Part shown: in pieces, positions 20,842 through 30,311 of the stretch
Layout of the letters: each line of letters starts with the position of its first letter
Position numbering within the stretch: the first letter of the stretch is position 1
Source of the DNA: an uncultured Muribaculaceae bacterium
GTDB taxonomy: Bacteria > Bacillota_I > Bacilli_A > RF39 > UBA660
Length of the DNA: 62,564 nucleotides
Assembly (NCBI GenBank): GCA_964349455.1
Contig: CAYGGG010000001.1
Location: 1-62,564 of the forward strand
Reading direction: 5' to 3'
Position numbers and translations under genes: made by a program
The notes under the pieces: generated by a model
Seen by the model: the letters and a program-made list of their open reading frames with translations, nothing else
Told to the model about the DNA's origin: nothing
Databases searched by the model: none

Positions 20842-23337
20842 TTATGTCATCTCCTTTAATTTTATTTCAATATCATTTAACTTTTTCTTTTCTAACAACA
20901 ACTTTTCTTCATCCAATAAAACAATCTCTTTTGGCGCATTCGCCACATAACTTTCATTACTCAATAACTTTTCTCTTCTTAAAATCGAAGTCATTAATTT
21001 TTCTTTTTCCTTCAACAAATTATCTCCTAATTCGACGCCAGAAACCCCTTCATAACAAACAATAACACTCCCTTTGCCAAAAGAAATCTCATGCTTTATT
21101 AATTCAGAACTCATAACAATTTGACTTTTCAATAATTTTTCTAACATTTCTCGATTATCATCAATTAAAGATTTATTATCCAAATTATTAATCAAATCCA
21201 CCTTACTCAAACCCAATTCAGTTTTCAAATTACGAACCTTAATTATAATTTCTTTTAAATCTTCCACATAATTATCCTCCGCAAAACAATTTTCTTTTTC
21301 TTGCGGAAACTGACTAATCATAATTGAATCAGAAAATCCTAAAGAATTATAAATCTCTTCAGTAACAAAGGGCATGAAAGGATGTAATAACTTTAAAATA
21401 CTAACTAACACTTCTCTTAACACTTTGTCATTTCGCTTAAACTTAGAAAACTCTAAATACCAATCACAATACTCATGCCAAACAAAATGATAAATTTCTG
21501 CACCAACAATATTAAACTCATAACGATCAAGATGCTTTCTAACCTTCGTAACCAATTGATCTTTTTTAGACAAAATCCATTGATCAAAAATGCTTGCTTC
21601 AACTGAATCATCACTCATCATAACATACCTTGAAGCATTCCATAATTTATTAATAAAATTCCAAGTTGATCTAACTTTTTCCTCATCATAACGCATATCT
21701 TGACCAGGACCACTATTTGTTGCCACGAAAAATCTCAAGGTATCCGCCCCATACTGATCAATTACATCCATTGGGTCAATTCCGTTACCAAGTGATTTAC
21801 TCATTTTCCGGCCTTGATTATCACGTAAAATTCCATGAATTAAAACATCATCAAATGGTTTCAAATCAGTAAACTCAAGCCCCATTACCACCATCCGACT
21901 AACCCAAAAAAAGATAATATCATAGGCCGTTACCAAACAACTATTTGGAAAATAGCGCATATCTAAATTATCCGGCCATCCTAAAGTTGAAAAAGGCCAT
22001 AAACCACTTGAAAACCAAGTATCCAACACATCTGGGTCTTGTATATACCCTTCCCCAGGGCTTTCAATTGAAGCAACTACATCATCACCTTTGTACCAAA
22101 CCGGAATTTGATGACCCCACCATAACTGCCTTGAAATACACCAATCATGAACATTTTCCATCCAATCAATCAAAACCTTTTCAAAGCGAACTGGAATAAA
22201 ATTAACCTTATCATTACATTTTTGTAATTCCAAAACCCTTTTTGCAAGTAAATTCATTTTAACAAACCATTGTTTTGACAAATAGGGCTCAACAATCGAA
22301 TCGCTTCTTTCACTATGACCAACCGCATGTTTTATTAATTCGATTTTTTCAATTAAACCTTTTTCTTCTAAAATTTTAACTAATTGCTTACGACACTCAA
22401 AACGATCAATTCCCGAAAATTGCAAGGCCTCATCATTCATCGCTCCATTTGGGCTAATGCAAACGACACGATCCAAACCATGTCTTTCGCCAACCTCAAA
22501 ATCATTTAAATCATGCGCTGGCGTAATTTTAACCGCACCCGTTCCAAAATTAGCATCAACATATTCATCTTCAATAATTGAGATTAACTTACCCGATACT
22601 GGAATCATTACTTTTTTTCCAATTAAATGCTTATATCGCTCATCACCAATTGCAATCGCAACGGCCGTATCACCAAAAATGGTTTCCGGTCTTGTTGTTG
22701 CAACAACCAAATAATCAGAATCATCCTCAAATAAGTACTTAATATAATATAAAGAACCGTTTAACTCTTTATAGATTACCTCTTCATTTGAAATAGCTGT
22801 TTTCGCTTCAACATCCCAATTAATAATTCTTTCGCCCCGATAAATCAATCCTTTTTCATAAAGATCAATAAATACTTTTAAAACGGCTTTGCTCAAACAA
22901 TCATCTAACGTAAATCGTTCACGACTATAATCTAAACTTAACCCTAACTTCGCCCATTGATTGCGAATGTTTAAAGCGTAATCGTCTTTCCATTTCCAAG
23001 CAATTTTAAGCCACTCTTCACGAGCCAATGATCTTGGATCAATTCCTTCATCACGTAACTTTGCATCAACCTTGGCCTGCGTTGAAATTCCAGCATGATC
23101 CATCCCCGGAACCCACAAAGCATCATAACCATCCATTCTTTTATAGCGAATTAAAACATCTTGCAAAGTTGTATCCCAAGCATGGCCTAAATGTAAATTA
23201 CCCGTCACATTTGGCGGTGGAATAACAATACAATATGGTTCTTTACTTAAATCCCCAGCCTTAAAATAATTAGCTTTTAACCAATTATCATATTTGCCCA
23301 TTTCAACTTTTTTATGGTCATATTTCTTTTCAAGCAT
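20842..23337 (-). CDS. valS: valine--tRNA ligase
   Basis: PPPNVTGNLHLGHAW (HIGH), KMSKSLGN (KMSKS), an editing domain and a C-terminal coiled coil. Confidence 0.96.
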   Translation of the reverse strand: MLEKKYDHKKVEMGKYDNWLKANYFKAGDLSKEPYCIVIPPPNVTGNLHLGHAWDTTLQDVLIRYKRMDGYDALWVPGMDHAGISTQAKVDAKLRDEGIDPRSLAREEWLKIAWKWKDDYALNIRNQWAKLGLSLDYSRERFTLDDCLSKAVLKVFIDLYEKGLIYRGERIINWDVEAKTAISNEEVIYKELNGSLYYIKYLFEDDSDYLVVATTRPETIFGDTAVAIAIGDERYKHLIGKKVMIPVSGKLISIIEDEYVDANFGTGAVKITPAHDLNDFEVGERHGLDRVVCISPNGAMNDEALQFSGIDRFECRKQLVKILEEKGLIEKIELIKHAVGHSERSDSIVEPYLSKQWFVKMNLLAKRVLELQKCNDKVNFIPVRFEKVLIDWMENVHDWCISRQLWWGHQIPVWYKGDDVVASIESPGEGYIQDPDVLDTWFSSGLWPFSTLGWPDNLDMRYFPNSCLVTAYDIIFFWVSRMVVMGLEFTDLKPFDDVLIHGILRDNQGRKMSKSLGNGIDPMDVIDQYGADTLRFFVATNSGPGQDMRYDEEKVRSTWNFINKLWNASRYVMMSDDSVEASIFDQWILSKKDQLVTKVRKHLDRYEFNIVGAEIYHFVWHEYCDWYLEFSKFKRNDKVLREVLVSILKLLHPFMPFVTEEIYNSLGFSDSIMISQFPQEKENCFAEDNYVEDLKEIIIKVRNLKTELGLSKVDLINNLDNKSLIDDNREMLEKLLKSQIVMSSELIKHEISFGKGSVIVCYEGVSGVELGDNLLKEKEKLMTSILRREKLLSNESYVANAPKEIVLLDEEKLLLEKKKLNDIEIKLKEMT

Positions 23338-23392
23338 CTTTTCACCTCAATTAATATCTTTCTAGAATAACACAATTAACTTTTTAAGAAAC

Positions 23393-24268
23393 TCAATAAC
23401 GTGCCCGGTCAATTGCATAATTACGAACAATTTCATTTAGCGATATTGCTCGATCATATATTCTAACCGAATACAACTCCATATTCGAAAAAGAACCAGT
23501 CAAAGTAATATCGTGAACTGCATCAGTTCCAATCACAATATTACCCAACACTTCAATAAAATCACCCGTTAAACTAGCGCTTGTTCCAATTAATTTACCA
23601 TTAACATAAAATCTAATTTCACTATAAAGATCGCTATATACCATCGTTACGTGTTGTTTAATTGAAAAATCAGTTAACTCATAACTATCAGAAAAACTTT
23701 CCCCAACATCATCACGTGCACCTACTCGCAAAAAATATTTCGAATCATCTTCATCATAAGTTTCCCAAACAATTCCAAAGCCTTCATCATTAAAAGCCCC
23801 TAATAAAAGTGAACTACTATCAGTAACAGCCACAACTTCTTTAATTCGAAAAAACATTTCTAAACTATAATCATCCGATGGTCCAAAATTGTTAGCAGCA
23901 ATCCCTGTATCAATATAATCATCAACCCCATCAAACTCTAAATAATTATCGTACCATCCATCTTCAAAAGCGATTAAATTTCCAATATTTATATTATCAC
24001 TTAAATCAAAAAATTCATCCTCACTACTTAACAATTGATTAATCCGATCAATATTTGTAATAGCATCATACCAAACAACTAATCCTTCACTAACGTAATC
24101 CTCAATTATTGGAGGAACATCAATTTTTTCTTGAATTTTTACACGATAGTTGTCAATAATTATTTTACGGCTACCCAAAACAACAAACATTCCAAAAATA
24201 ATTACCACAAAAAGTAACAATAAAATATACATAATTCCCGTGATTGCAAATCCTCTTTTATTTAACAT
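23393..24268 (-). CDS. membrane-anchored LamG (concanavalin-A-like) domain protein with a prepilin-like N-terminus
   Basis: N-terminus MLNKRGFAITGIMYILLLLF resembles a type IV prepilin leader but lacks Glu+5. The C-terminus (LEFDGVDDYIDTG...FYVNGKLIG...VRIYDRAISLNEI) is typical of a Laminin_G_3 fold. Confidence 0.65.
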   Translation of the reverse strand: MLNKRGFAITGIMYILLLLFVVIIFGMFVVLGSRKIIIDNYRVKIQEKIDVPPIIEDYVSEGLVVWYDAITNIDRINQLLSSEDEFFDLSDNINIGNLIAFEDGWYDNYLEFDGVDDYIDTGIAANNFGPSDDYSLEMFFRIKEVVAVTDSSSLLLGAFNDEGFGIVWETYDEDDSKYFLRVGARDDVGESFSDSYELTDFSIKQHVTMVYSDLYSEIRFYVNGKLIGTSASLTGDFIEVLGNIVIGTDAVHDITLTGSFSNMELYSVRIYDRAISLNEIVRNYAIDRARY

Positions 24269-24366
24269 ACTACCTCCAACTATAATCTCATTATATCATT
24301 ACTAAAAAAAAATATCTAGACAAAACCAATCTAACCATGTACAATTAAAAAGAAAGAAGTGATCTA

Positions 24367-25089
24367 ATGACAATTTTTTTATTCTATTTTTTAGCCTTCT
24401 TCATTTATTCAGTTCTAGGATGGATAATTGAAGTCATTTTCGTCTTTATCTTTACCAAAAAGCTTTTAAACAGAGGATTTCTAATTGGTCCATACTGCCC
24501 AATCTATGGTGTCGCTGCCTTATCAATGCATTTTCTGTTAATTGAATTCATAAAATATCCATTTCTAATCTTCATCTTAGCAGCACTATTAGTTGTTACA
24601 ATTGAATTCATCACTAGTTATGTTCTAGAAAAAGTTTTTAAAACACGTTGGTGGGATTACTCACAACTTCCATTCAACATTGAGGGCCGAGTTTGCTTAG
24701 TTCATGCTATTTTATTTGGCATTTTAGGACTTGCCTTTATCTACATTCTAGATCCAAAAATGATGCAAATTTTAACCAATCTGAGTTATAATCAAATGTA
24801 TATAATATCAATCATCGCTTTTGTTATTTTTATAATTGATCTCTTCATTTCATTTAACGTTATCAAAAAGATTACCGCGACTGCTGAAGCAATCAAAAAA
24901 GACAACACAGCAGAAATAAATGAGAAAATGAAGGAAATACTTTTAAATCAATCATATTTAACCAAAAGAATTATTCTTAATTTTCCTAATTTGAAAACAC
25001 TCATCTTGCAAACCAAAAAGAAAATTAAACATACCCATTCACAAATAAAAGAAAAAATAAATGGTTATCAAAAAGACTCACAAAAGTGA
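24367..25089 (+). CDS. polytopic membrane protein (CmpB / putative ABC-transporter type IV family)
   Basis: FFIYSVLGWIIEVIF...NRGFLIGPYCPIYG signature. A TAGACA-17-TACAAT promoter lies at 24317-24345. Confidence 0.55.
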   Translation: MTIFLFYFLAFFIYSVLGWIIEVIFVFIFTKKLLNRGFLIGPYCPIYGVAALSMHFLLIEFIKYPFLIFILAALLVVTIEFITSYVLEKVFKTRWWDYSQLPFNIEGRVCLVHAILFGILGLAFIYILDPKMMQILTNLSYNQMYIISIIAFVIFIIDLFISFNVIKKITATAEAIKKDNTAEINEKMKEILLNQSYLTKRIILNFPNLKTLILQTKKKIKHTHSQIKEKINGYQKDSQK

Positions 25090-25098
25090 GTCTTTTTC
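25071..25098. terminator. rho-independent terminator overlapping the stop codon
   Basis: gactcac-aaaa-gtgagtc hairpin (25075-25092) plus a T-run, between convergent genes. Confidence 0.6.
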
Positions 25099-25464
25099 TT
25101 AACACTTGGCACAGGTATTATAACCACCTTCAAAAATATAAACTTGAAAACTATCTTTTATATCTTCATAAGCCTCCAAAGCTCTTTTTGTTGTCCCACA
25201 ATAAAGAACTAATTTTTGATAATCCTCTAATTCAGAAAGACGATAAACAACCTGATCATGAGGAATTAAAATTGATCCTTCAATATGACCAGCATCATAC
25301 TCCACCCGCGTTCTAACATCAACGATTACCACATCTTCTTCTTTAGCAAGAGCCATCATTTCATCATAAGTAACAAAATAAACCCCATCAACAACTTTTT
25401 CACTCTCAACACTATTACCGCACCCCACCAACAATAACAAACAAATTAGCGCCCAGATTTTCAT
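25099..25464 (-). CDS. rhodanese-domain lipoprotein
   Basis: Lipobox LLLVG|C. Rhodanese fold with the active-site loop YCGTTKRA. Confidence 0.8.
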   Translation of the reverse strand: MKIWALICLLLLVGCGNSVESEKVVDGVYFVTYDEMMALAKEEDVVIVDVRTRVEYDAGHIEGSILIPHDQVVYRLSELEDYQKLVLYCGTTKRALEAYEDIKDSFQVYIFEGGYNTCAKC

Positions 25465-25465
25465 C

Positions 25466-25591
25466 CTAAAACCTACTTATTAATTGTTTAATCATTTCAT
25501 CAATTTGGGGCAGTAAGAGGATAAAAGCAAAAATAACAATCGCAATCAATATATAGACCAATGTTTCATTTTCAAATTTTATTTTCTTCAT
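25466..25591 (-). CDS. unannotated 41-aa single-TM micro-protein (MKKIKFENETLVYILIAIVIFAFILLLPQIDEMIKQLISRF)
   Basis: GAGGTG RBS 5 nt before the ATG at 25591. Its TAG stop lies 1 nt before the rhodanese ATG. It is below the ORF-track size cutoff. Confidence 0.45.
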   Translation of the reverse strand: MKKIKFENETLVYILIAIVIFAFILLLPQIDEMIKQLISRF

Positions 25592-25633
25592 AAATACACC
25601 TCATCTTAATCATAACATAAACCCCTTTTTTTC

Positions 25634-28237
25634 TCAAGATTTTTTTAACCTAACCCACTTATATAACTCCATTACCAAAACAATTGGGAGCGCTAGAATA
25701 AATACATAAACAATGTGTGAAAAAGGAATCGGTTCAACCGATAAAATCCTACTCAAAGATGTTTGTGTGACCAAAAAATGAATTCCTAACGTAATAAAAA
25801 TTGATCCGAAAACAAATGGGTTATTTCTAAATTTCATCTTAAATAATGAATGCTTTTCACTTCGACAATTAATTACATGAACATTCTGCATAAATACCAT
25901 TAACAATATCACATAACTTCTTGCTTCTGCTAAAGGAACATTGTTTGCTAGCAGTTCAGTCCAAAAATAAAAAGTAATAATCGCCATCACCACCGCGGCC
26001 AAAAATATTTGTTCGATCATTTTCAAATCAAAAATTTTTTCATCGGGTCTTCTCGGTTTCTGTTCCATGACCCCTTTTTCAGCTTTTTCAAAGGCCAATG
26101 CCACATCTTGAATTCCACTCGTAACAATGTTTAACCATAATAATTGCAAAGCAATTAACGGTAATGGCAAGTTAAAAATAATTGCCATTACAAACATTAA
26201 CACTTCGGCGACCCCTGTTGACAACAACATTGCAATAACCTTCCGAATATTACTATAAGCCACGCGCCCCTCTTCAACTCCCGCCACAAGCGACATAAAA
26301 TTATCATCAATAATTATCATTTGGCTTGTTTCCTTTGCAACGTCAGTTCCACTACCAACTGCCACGCCAATATTAGCTACTTTTAAAGCTGGCGCATCAT
26401 TAACCCCATCCCCCGTTACCGCAACAAATTCACCACCACGCTTATAAGCTTTAACAATTTCTAACTTTTGTAATGGCGAAACACGACTAAAAACTTTCTT
26501 TGAAAACACAAACCGATCAAAACCCTTCCCCTTTAATTTTTTGTCAATTTCTTCTCCGTCAGTTACTTCGGAAATATTATCGGCCATTTTTAATTGCTTT
26601 GCAATTGCAAAAGCGGTCAACGGATGATCACCCGTTATCATAACAACTTTAATTCCCGCTTGCCGACATTTTTCAATAGCCGTAATGACCTCTTCCCGAA
26701 TTGGATCAATAAAGGCAACCATTCCTAAAAATGTTAAATCTTTAATGTCACTAGCTAATTCACCATAACTGCCACCGCTTGCCAAAGCAATTACTCGATA
26801 ACCCATTCCCGCTAAAAGTAAATTTTGTTTTTCTAGCAATTCTAAATTAATTGGTTTATCCCCGCCATCAATCCTCATCTTATTACAGAAAGAAATCACT
26901 TTTTCAAAAGACCCTTTAATCGTACATTGCTTTTCATCAAAAAAAACAGCCGAAAATTTTTGCTCAGATTCATAAGGAATCGAACTTGTAATTCTTTTCT
27001 TATCCACTTTTACTTTAGCTTTTAAAGCTAAAGACAAGAAAGCAACATCAATTGAATCACCAAAATAATGCCACTTATCATCCTTTAAAAACAAATTGCC
27101 CTCGTTATTCAAAGCACCCATCTCAGCAATCATAACCGTTTGTTGATTAATTTCAACTTTTCCGTTCCCATTATAACCAATTCCTTCAATCATAAATTGC
27201 CTTTCATCTGGCACTAATATAATAGATGCTGTTTGTTGATTATTAGTTAATGTTCCCGTTTTATCAGTAGCAATCACCGTACAACTACCCAAACTTTCGA
27301 CGGCATTTAATTTTTTAACAAGCACATTCCTTTTAGCCATTCTTGTTGAAGCAATTGATAATGCAAACGTTAATACAACCGGCAGCCCTTCTGGAATTGC
27401 CGAAATCGTTAAAGCAACAATTAAAAAGAAAATTTCTTGAAAAGCCTCACCTTTAAAATACAACAAAAACAATAAAAAAAGCCCAACAATTATTGTTAAA
27501 AAGGCAATTTGCTTAGTAAATTTTTCCATCCGAATTACTAAAGGTGTTTTTTCACTTTTACTCAACAAAACACTATCAATAATCTGACCGATTTCGCTAT
27601 TAAGACCAACCGCAACGACAATCCCGCGACCGCGACCACTAAAAACACTCGTCCCCACAAAAGCCATATTTGTTTGATCCCCGATTGACTTTTTCGTTTC
27701 AATTATTTCACAATTTTTGCTTTCAGGAATAGACTCCCCTGTTAAAATAGCCTCATCAATTGTTAAATTATTAGATTCAAACAATCTTAAATCAGCGGGT
27801 ACCTTAACTCCTGATTCAATTAAAACAACATCGCCAACCACTAATTCTTCAGACGGAATAATCATTTCTTTTCCATCTCTAATTACCTTTGCAGTTGCTT
27901 TAATTAAATTTTGCAAACTTTGCGCCTTTTTACTAGCTCGCCATTCTTGAATAGTTCCTAATAAAGCATCTGAGATAACAATTCCCAAAATAAACCATGC
28001 GTCCAACCTCTCGCCAATTGCAAGCGATAAAAAAGCGGCAATTAATAAAATGATAATTATTGGATTAATAAACTGTTGAAAAAATATTTCAAAAATTGTT
28101 AATCCTCTTTTTTTAGGAATAACATTTTTTCCAAATCGCAGAGCACGCTCGCTGATTAAAGAACTCGACAGTCCTTCTTTATTCGTTTCTAATTTCTTAA
28201 TAACATTGTCAATACTCATTCGATAAAATTCTTTCAT
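25634..28237 (-). CDS. cation-transporting P-type ATPase (type II, Ca2+-ATPase-like)
   Basis: TGES, PEGLP, DKTGTLT, TGDHPLTA and VTGDGVNDAPALK motifs; 10 TM helices. Confidence 0.92.
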   Translation of the reverse strand: MKEFYRMSIDNVIKKLETNKEGLSSSLISERALRFGKNVIPKKRGLTIFEIFFQQFINPIIIILLIAAFLSLAIGERLDAWFILGIVISDALLGTIQEWRASKKAQSLQNLIKATAKVIRDGKEMIIPSEELVVGDVVLIESGVKVPADLRLFESNNLTIDEAILTGESIPESKNCEIIETKKSIGDQTNMAFVGTSVFSGRGRGIVVAVGLNSEIGQIIDSVLLSKSEKTPLVIRMEKFTKQIAFLTIIVGLFLLFLLYFKGEAFQEIFFLIVALTISAIPEGLPVVLTFALSIASTRMAKRNVLVKKLNAVESLGSCTVIATDKTGTLTNNQQTASIILVPDERQFMIEGIGYNGNGKVEINQQTVMIAEMGALNNEGNLFLKDDKWHYFGDSIDVAFLSLALKAKVKVDKKRITSSIPYESEQKFSAVFFDEKQCTIKGSFEKVISFCNKMRIDGGDKPINLELLEKQNLLLAGMGYRVIALASGGSYGELASDIKDLTFLGMVAFIDPIREEVITAIEKCRQAGIKVVMITGDHPLTAFAIAKQLKMADNISEVTDGEEIDKKLKGKGFDRFVFSKKVFSRVSPLQKLEIVKAYKRGGEFVAVTGDGVNDAPALKVANIGVAVGSGTDVAKETSQMIIIDDNFMSLVAGVEEGRVAYSNIRKVIAMLLSTGVAEVLMFVMAIIFNLPLPLIALQLLWLNIVTSGIQDVALAFEKAEKGVMEQKPRRPDEKIFDLKMIEQIFLAAVVMAIITFYFWTELLANNVPLAEARSYVILLMVFMQNVHVINCRSEKHSLFKMKFRNNPFVFGSIFITLGIHFLVTQTSLSRILSVEPIPFSHIVYVFILALPIVLVMELYKWVRLKKS

Positions 28238-28249
28238 CTTTTCACCTAC

Positions 28250-28603
28250 TTAATAACAAGTCGACTTCTTCTCTTCACTTCGATTATATATCTCATAGTT
28301 TAATATCATTTCTCCTGCATAGTTTTTTTTCAAACTAAATTCAAAACCAATCAATTCACTAAACTGATCAATCACATCTTGTTTCACCGATTTATCATTA
28401 GCTTTCATTTCTTTAATTTTCAAAAACCCATATTTATAATAAATTCTCTTCCCATCATGTCTTATACAAGTTATCTCACCCTCATACCATTGATCAAAAA
28501 ATAAGCGACCAAAGCCAATCAAAACTAAACCAATAATCAAAACCAATCCAATTTTATAATACTTAGAAAAATAATAACGAAAATCATGATTAACAGCTTG
28601 CAT
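28250..28603 (-). CDS. hypothetical membrane-anchored protein
   Basis: ORF with one TM helix, 12 nt upstream of the ATPase gene. No motif recognised. Confidence 0.45.
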   Translation of the reverse strand: MQAVNHDFRYYFSKYYKIGLVLIIGLVLIGFGRLFFDQWYEGEITCIRHDGKRIYYKYGFLKIKEMKANDKSVKQDVIDQFSELIGFEFSLKKNYAGEMILNYEIYNRSEEKKSTCY

Positions 28604-28704
28604 TTCACCACCCCATTACATTAAAAATATACCACAAAACAATAATAAACACAAACTATCTTTTTCCTTATTATTTTGGTATAATTAATCAAAGGAGCGA
28701 TTCA

Positions 28705-29406
28705 ATGTTTGATTTTATTTCGGAAAATAGACATCATTTTGTTTACCTTTTTATTATTTTAATTGCACTCGGTTTTTATTATGCCGTTAATCGCTTACAA
28801 CACAATCCAATGGGACAGTTTTTTACTGAAACTGGACTAGTAACTGATATCCATCACGATAAAAACAAGACAACCATTTTAATTGAAGAAGAAAACAGAC
28901 CGATCTATATTCACTTCAAAAAAAGAATTAATAATATTCAACTTGTTGATCAGGTCTTAATTCATACAAATGGAATTATTTTAGAAAGTTTCCCTGAACA
29001 AACAAACGGTCATGTTAATAAAAATATTTCACGTCAAATAATTCAAAAAATTGAACACCAGCAATTTCAATTTACAACCAATCAAATACTTGAACCCACT
29101 CATCAATATCGAAGATTTAGCACCCTCACATTCAACAAAGATGATTTCATTTTATATAACGAGCAATTCAATTTAATTGAAACCATTGAGTTAGATGATA
29201 GTGATACAATAATTGTTTCTTGGGGAAGCACAAAAGAAAATGACAAAATTACTTTTAATAACTTCATCATTTTTGATAATCAATTATATTTAATTTTTAA
29301 TATTACTTCAAACAACGAAGAAAAAACAATCACAACTGGATTCATTACCATTATAAAAGAAACATATGATGATTATCACAGTTTAATAAATCAAACAACA
29401 AAATAA
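28705..29406 (+). CDS. hypothetical membrane-anchored protein (233 aa)
   Basis: Extended -10 TGGTATAAT upstream, AAAGGAG RBS, an N-terminal TM helix and a terminator downstream. Confidence 0.55.
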   Translation: MFDFISENRHHFVYLFIILIALGFYYAVNRLQHNPMGQFFTETGLVTDIHHDKNKTTILIEEENRPIYIHFKKRINNIQLVDQVLIHTNGIILESFPEQTNGHVNKNISRQIIQKIEHQQFQFTTNQILEPTHQYRRFSTLTFNKDDFILYNEQFNLIETIELDDSDTIIVSWGSTKENDKITFNNFIIFDNQLYLIFNITSNNEEKTITTGFITIIKETYDDYHSLINQTTK

Positions 29407-29430
29407 AAAACGAGTTACCTCGTTTTTTTT
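29405..29430. terminator. bidirectional rho-independent terminator
   Basis: aaaaaacgag-ttac-ctcgtttttttt. Confidence 0.7.
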
Positions 29431-29842
29431 ATTCCATTATTTTTTTTGTTAAATTACCAATAAATGGAATTTTTGCTTCAGCATGATTAAAGACTCTTAC
29501 AACGCCAATGATGAATAGAACAATAAAGGCATACTCAACATACTTTAGAAGCGCTTCATTAAACTCTTGCAATGAATTTAATGTTTCGAGCTTAGTTTCA
29601 AATAAATCAAAAATATCAAGCAAAACTTTATAAAGTAAATTCCAAGCTCCAATTACAACATCATATGCCACTTTTAAAACTAAAACTTGTGTTAATTGAA
29701 AATTCAAAGCCGAACTTTTTTCAACCAACAATGCAAATCCCAAAAGCAACATCAGGTGTAAATACATTCCGTAATAAGCAAAGAAATACCCTAATAGTGC
29801 CAAAGCAATGATTTTAAAACCTGTTCTCCCTATCTTATCCAT
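29429..29842 (-). CDS. hypothetical integral membrane protein (137 aa)
   Basis: Hydrophobic ORF with an AGGAGG RBS. Confidence 0.5.
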   Translation of the reverse strand: MDKIGRTGFKIIALALLGYFFAYYGMYLHLMLLLGFALLVEKSSALNFQLTQVLVLKVAYDVVIGAWNLLYKVLLDIFDLFETKLETLNSLQEFNEALLKYVEYAFIVLFIIGVVRVFNHAEAKIPFIGNLTKKIME

Positions 29843-29890
29843 AATTACCTCCTAATTATATTATAGTACAAATATTATATTTTGTAAAGT

Positions 29891-30226
29891 TTATATTAAA
29901 TTATTTCGCTTCAAAACATTATAAATACAAGAGTAACTTCTTTTACTATAAAACATCGTAAATTTCCGAATACTTGCATTAGATCTTTTATAAAGATTAA
30001 CAATTTTTTCTTCTTCTTCCCTAGAAATAGCCAAGGCCGGTTTCCGATCCTTATTTCCATGCACTAATGAAATCTGATTATTTAAAAAAGCTTTCTTAAA
30101 GCGTAAAACATATTTCGGATGATACTCAGTCACATCAGCAATTTCCTGATAAGACATTCTAATTCGTCCCGCCAGCTTATCTTTTATAAGCATTAACAAC
30201 TGTTCTTTTCGATTCATTTTCATCAC
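29891..30226 (-). CDS. HTH protein resembling only the N-terminal DNA-binding part of rve-type (ISNCY/IS481-like) transposases; probable IS remnant
   Basis: ...MSYQEIADVT...LVHGNKDRKPALAISREEEEKIVNLYK... resembles transposase N-termini from memory. It stops at 111 aa with no DDE/integrase core following. Confidence 0.35.
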   Translation of the reverse strand: MMKMNRKEQLLMLIKDKLAGRIRMSYQEIADVTEYHPKYVLRFKKAFLNNQISLVHGNKDRKPALAISREEEEKIVNLYKRSNASIRKFTMFYSKRSYSCIYNVLKRNNLI

Positions 30227-30311
30227 CTATAATCTAATTATATAGTAACTTTTTCAAAAAATAAAGGCCTAATTTAAAAAAAATATGATATCATATTAAA
30301 AGAGGTGTAAT

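Noticed and set aside
29852-30249. Short direct repeats (ctaattata..tagta) flanking the transposase-like fragment as IS ends or target-site duplications.
   Set aside because: Each copy coincides with a -10-like TATAAT region just upstream of a minus-strand RBS. The match is short and AT-rich, so promoter similarity or chance is the more likely explanation.
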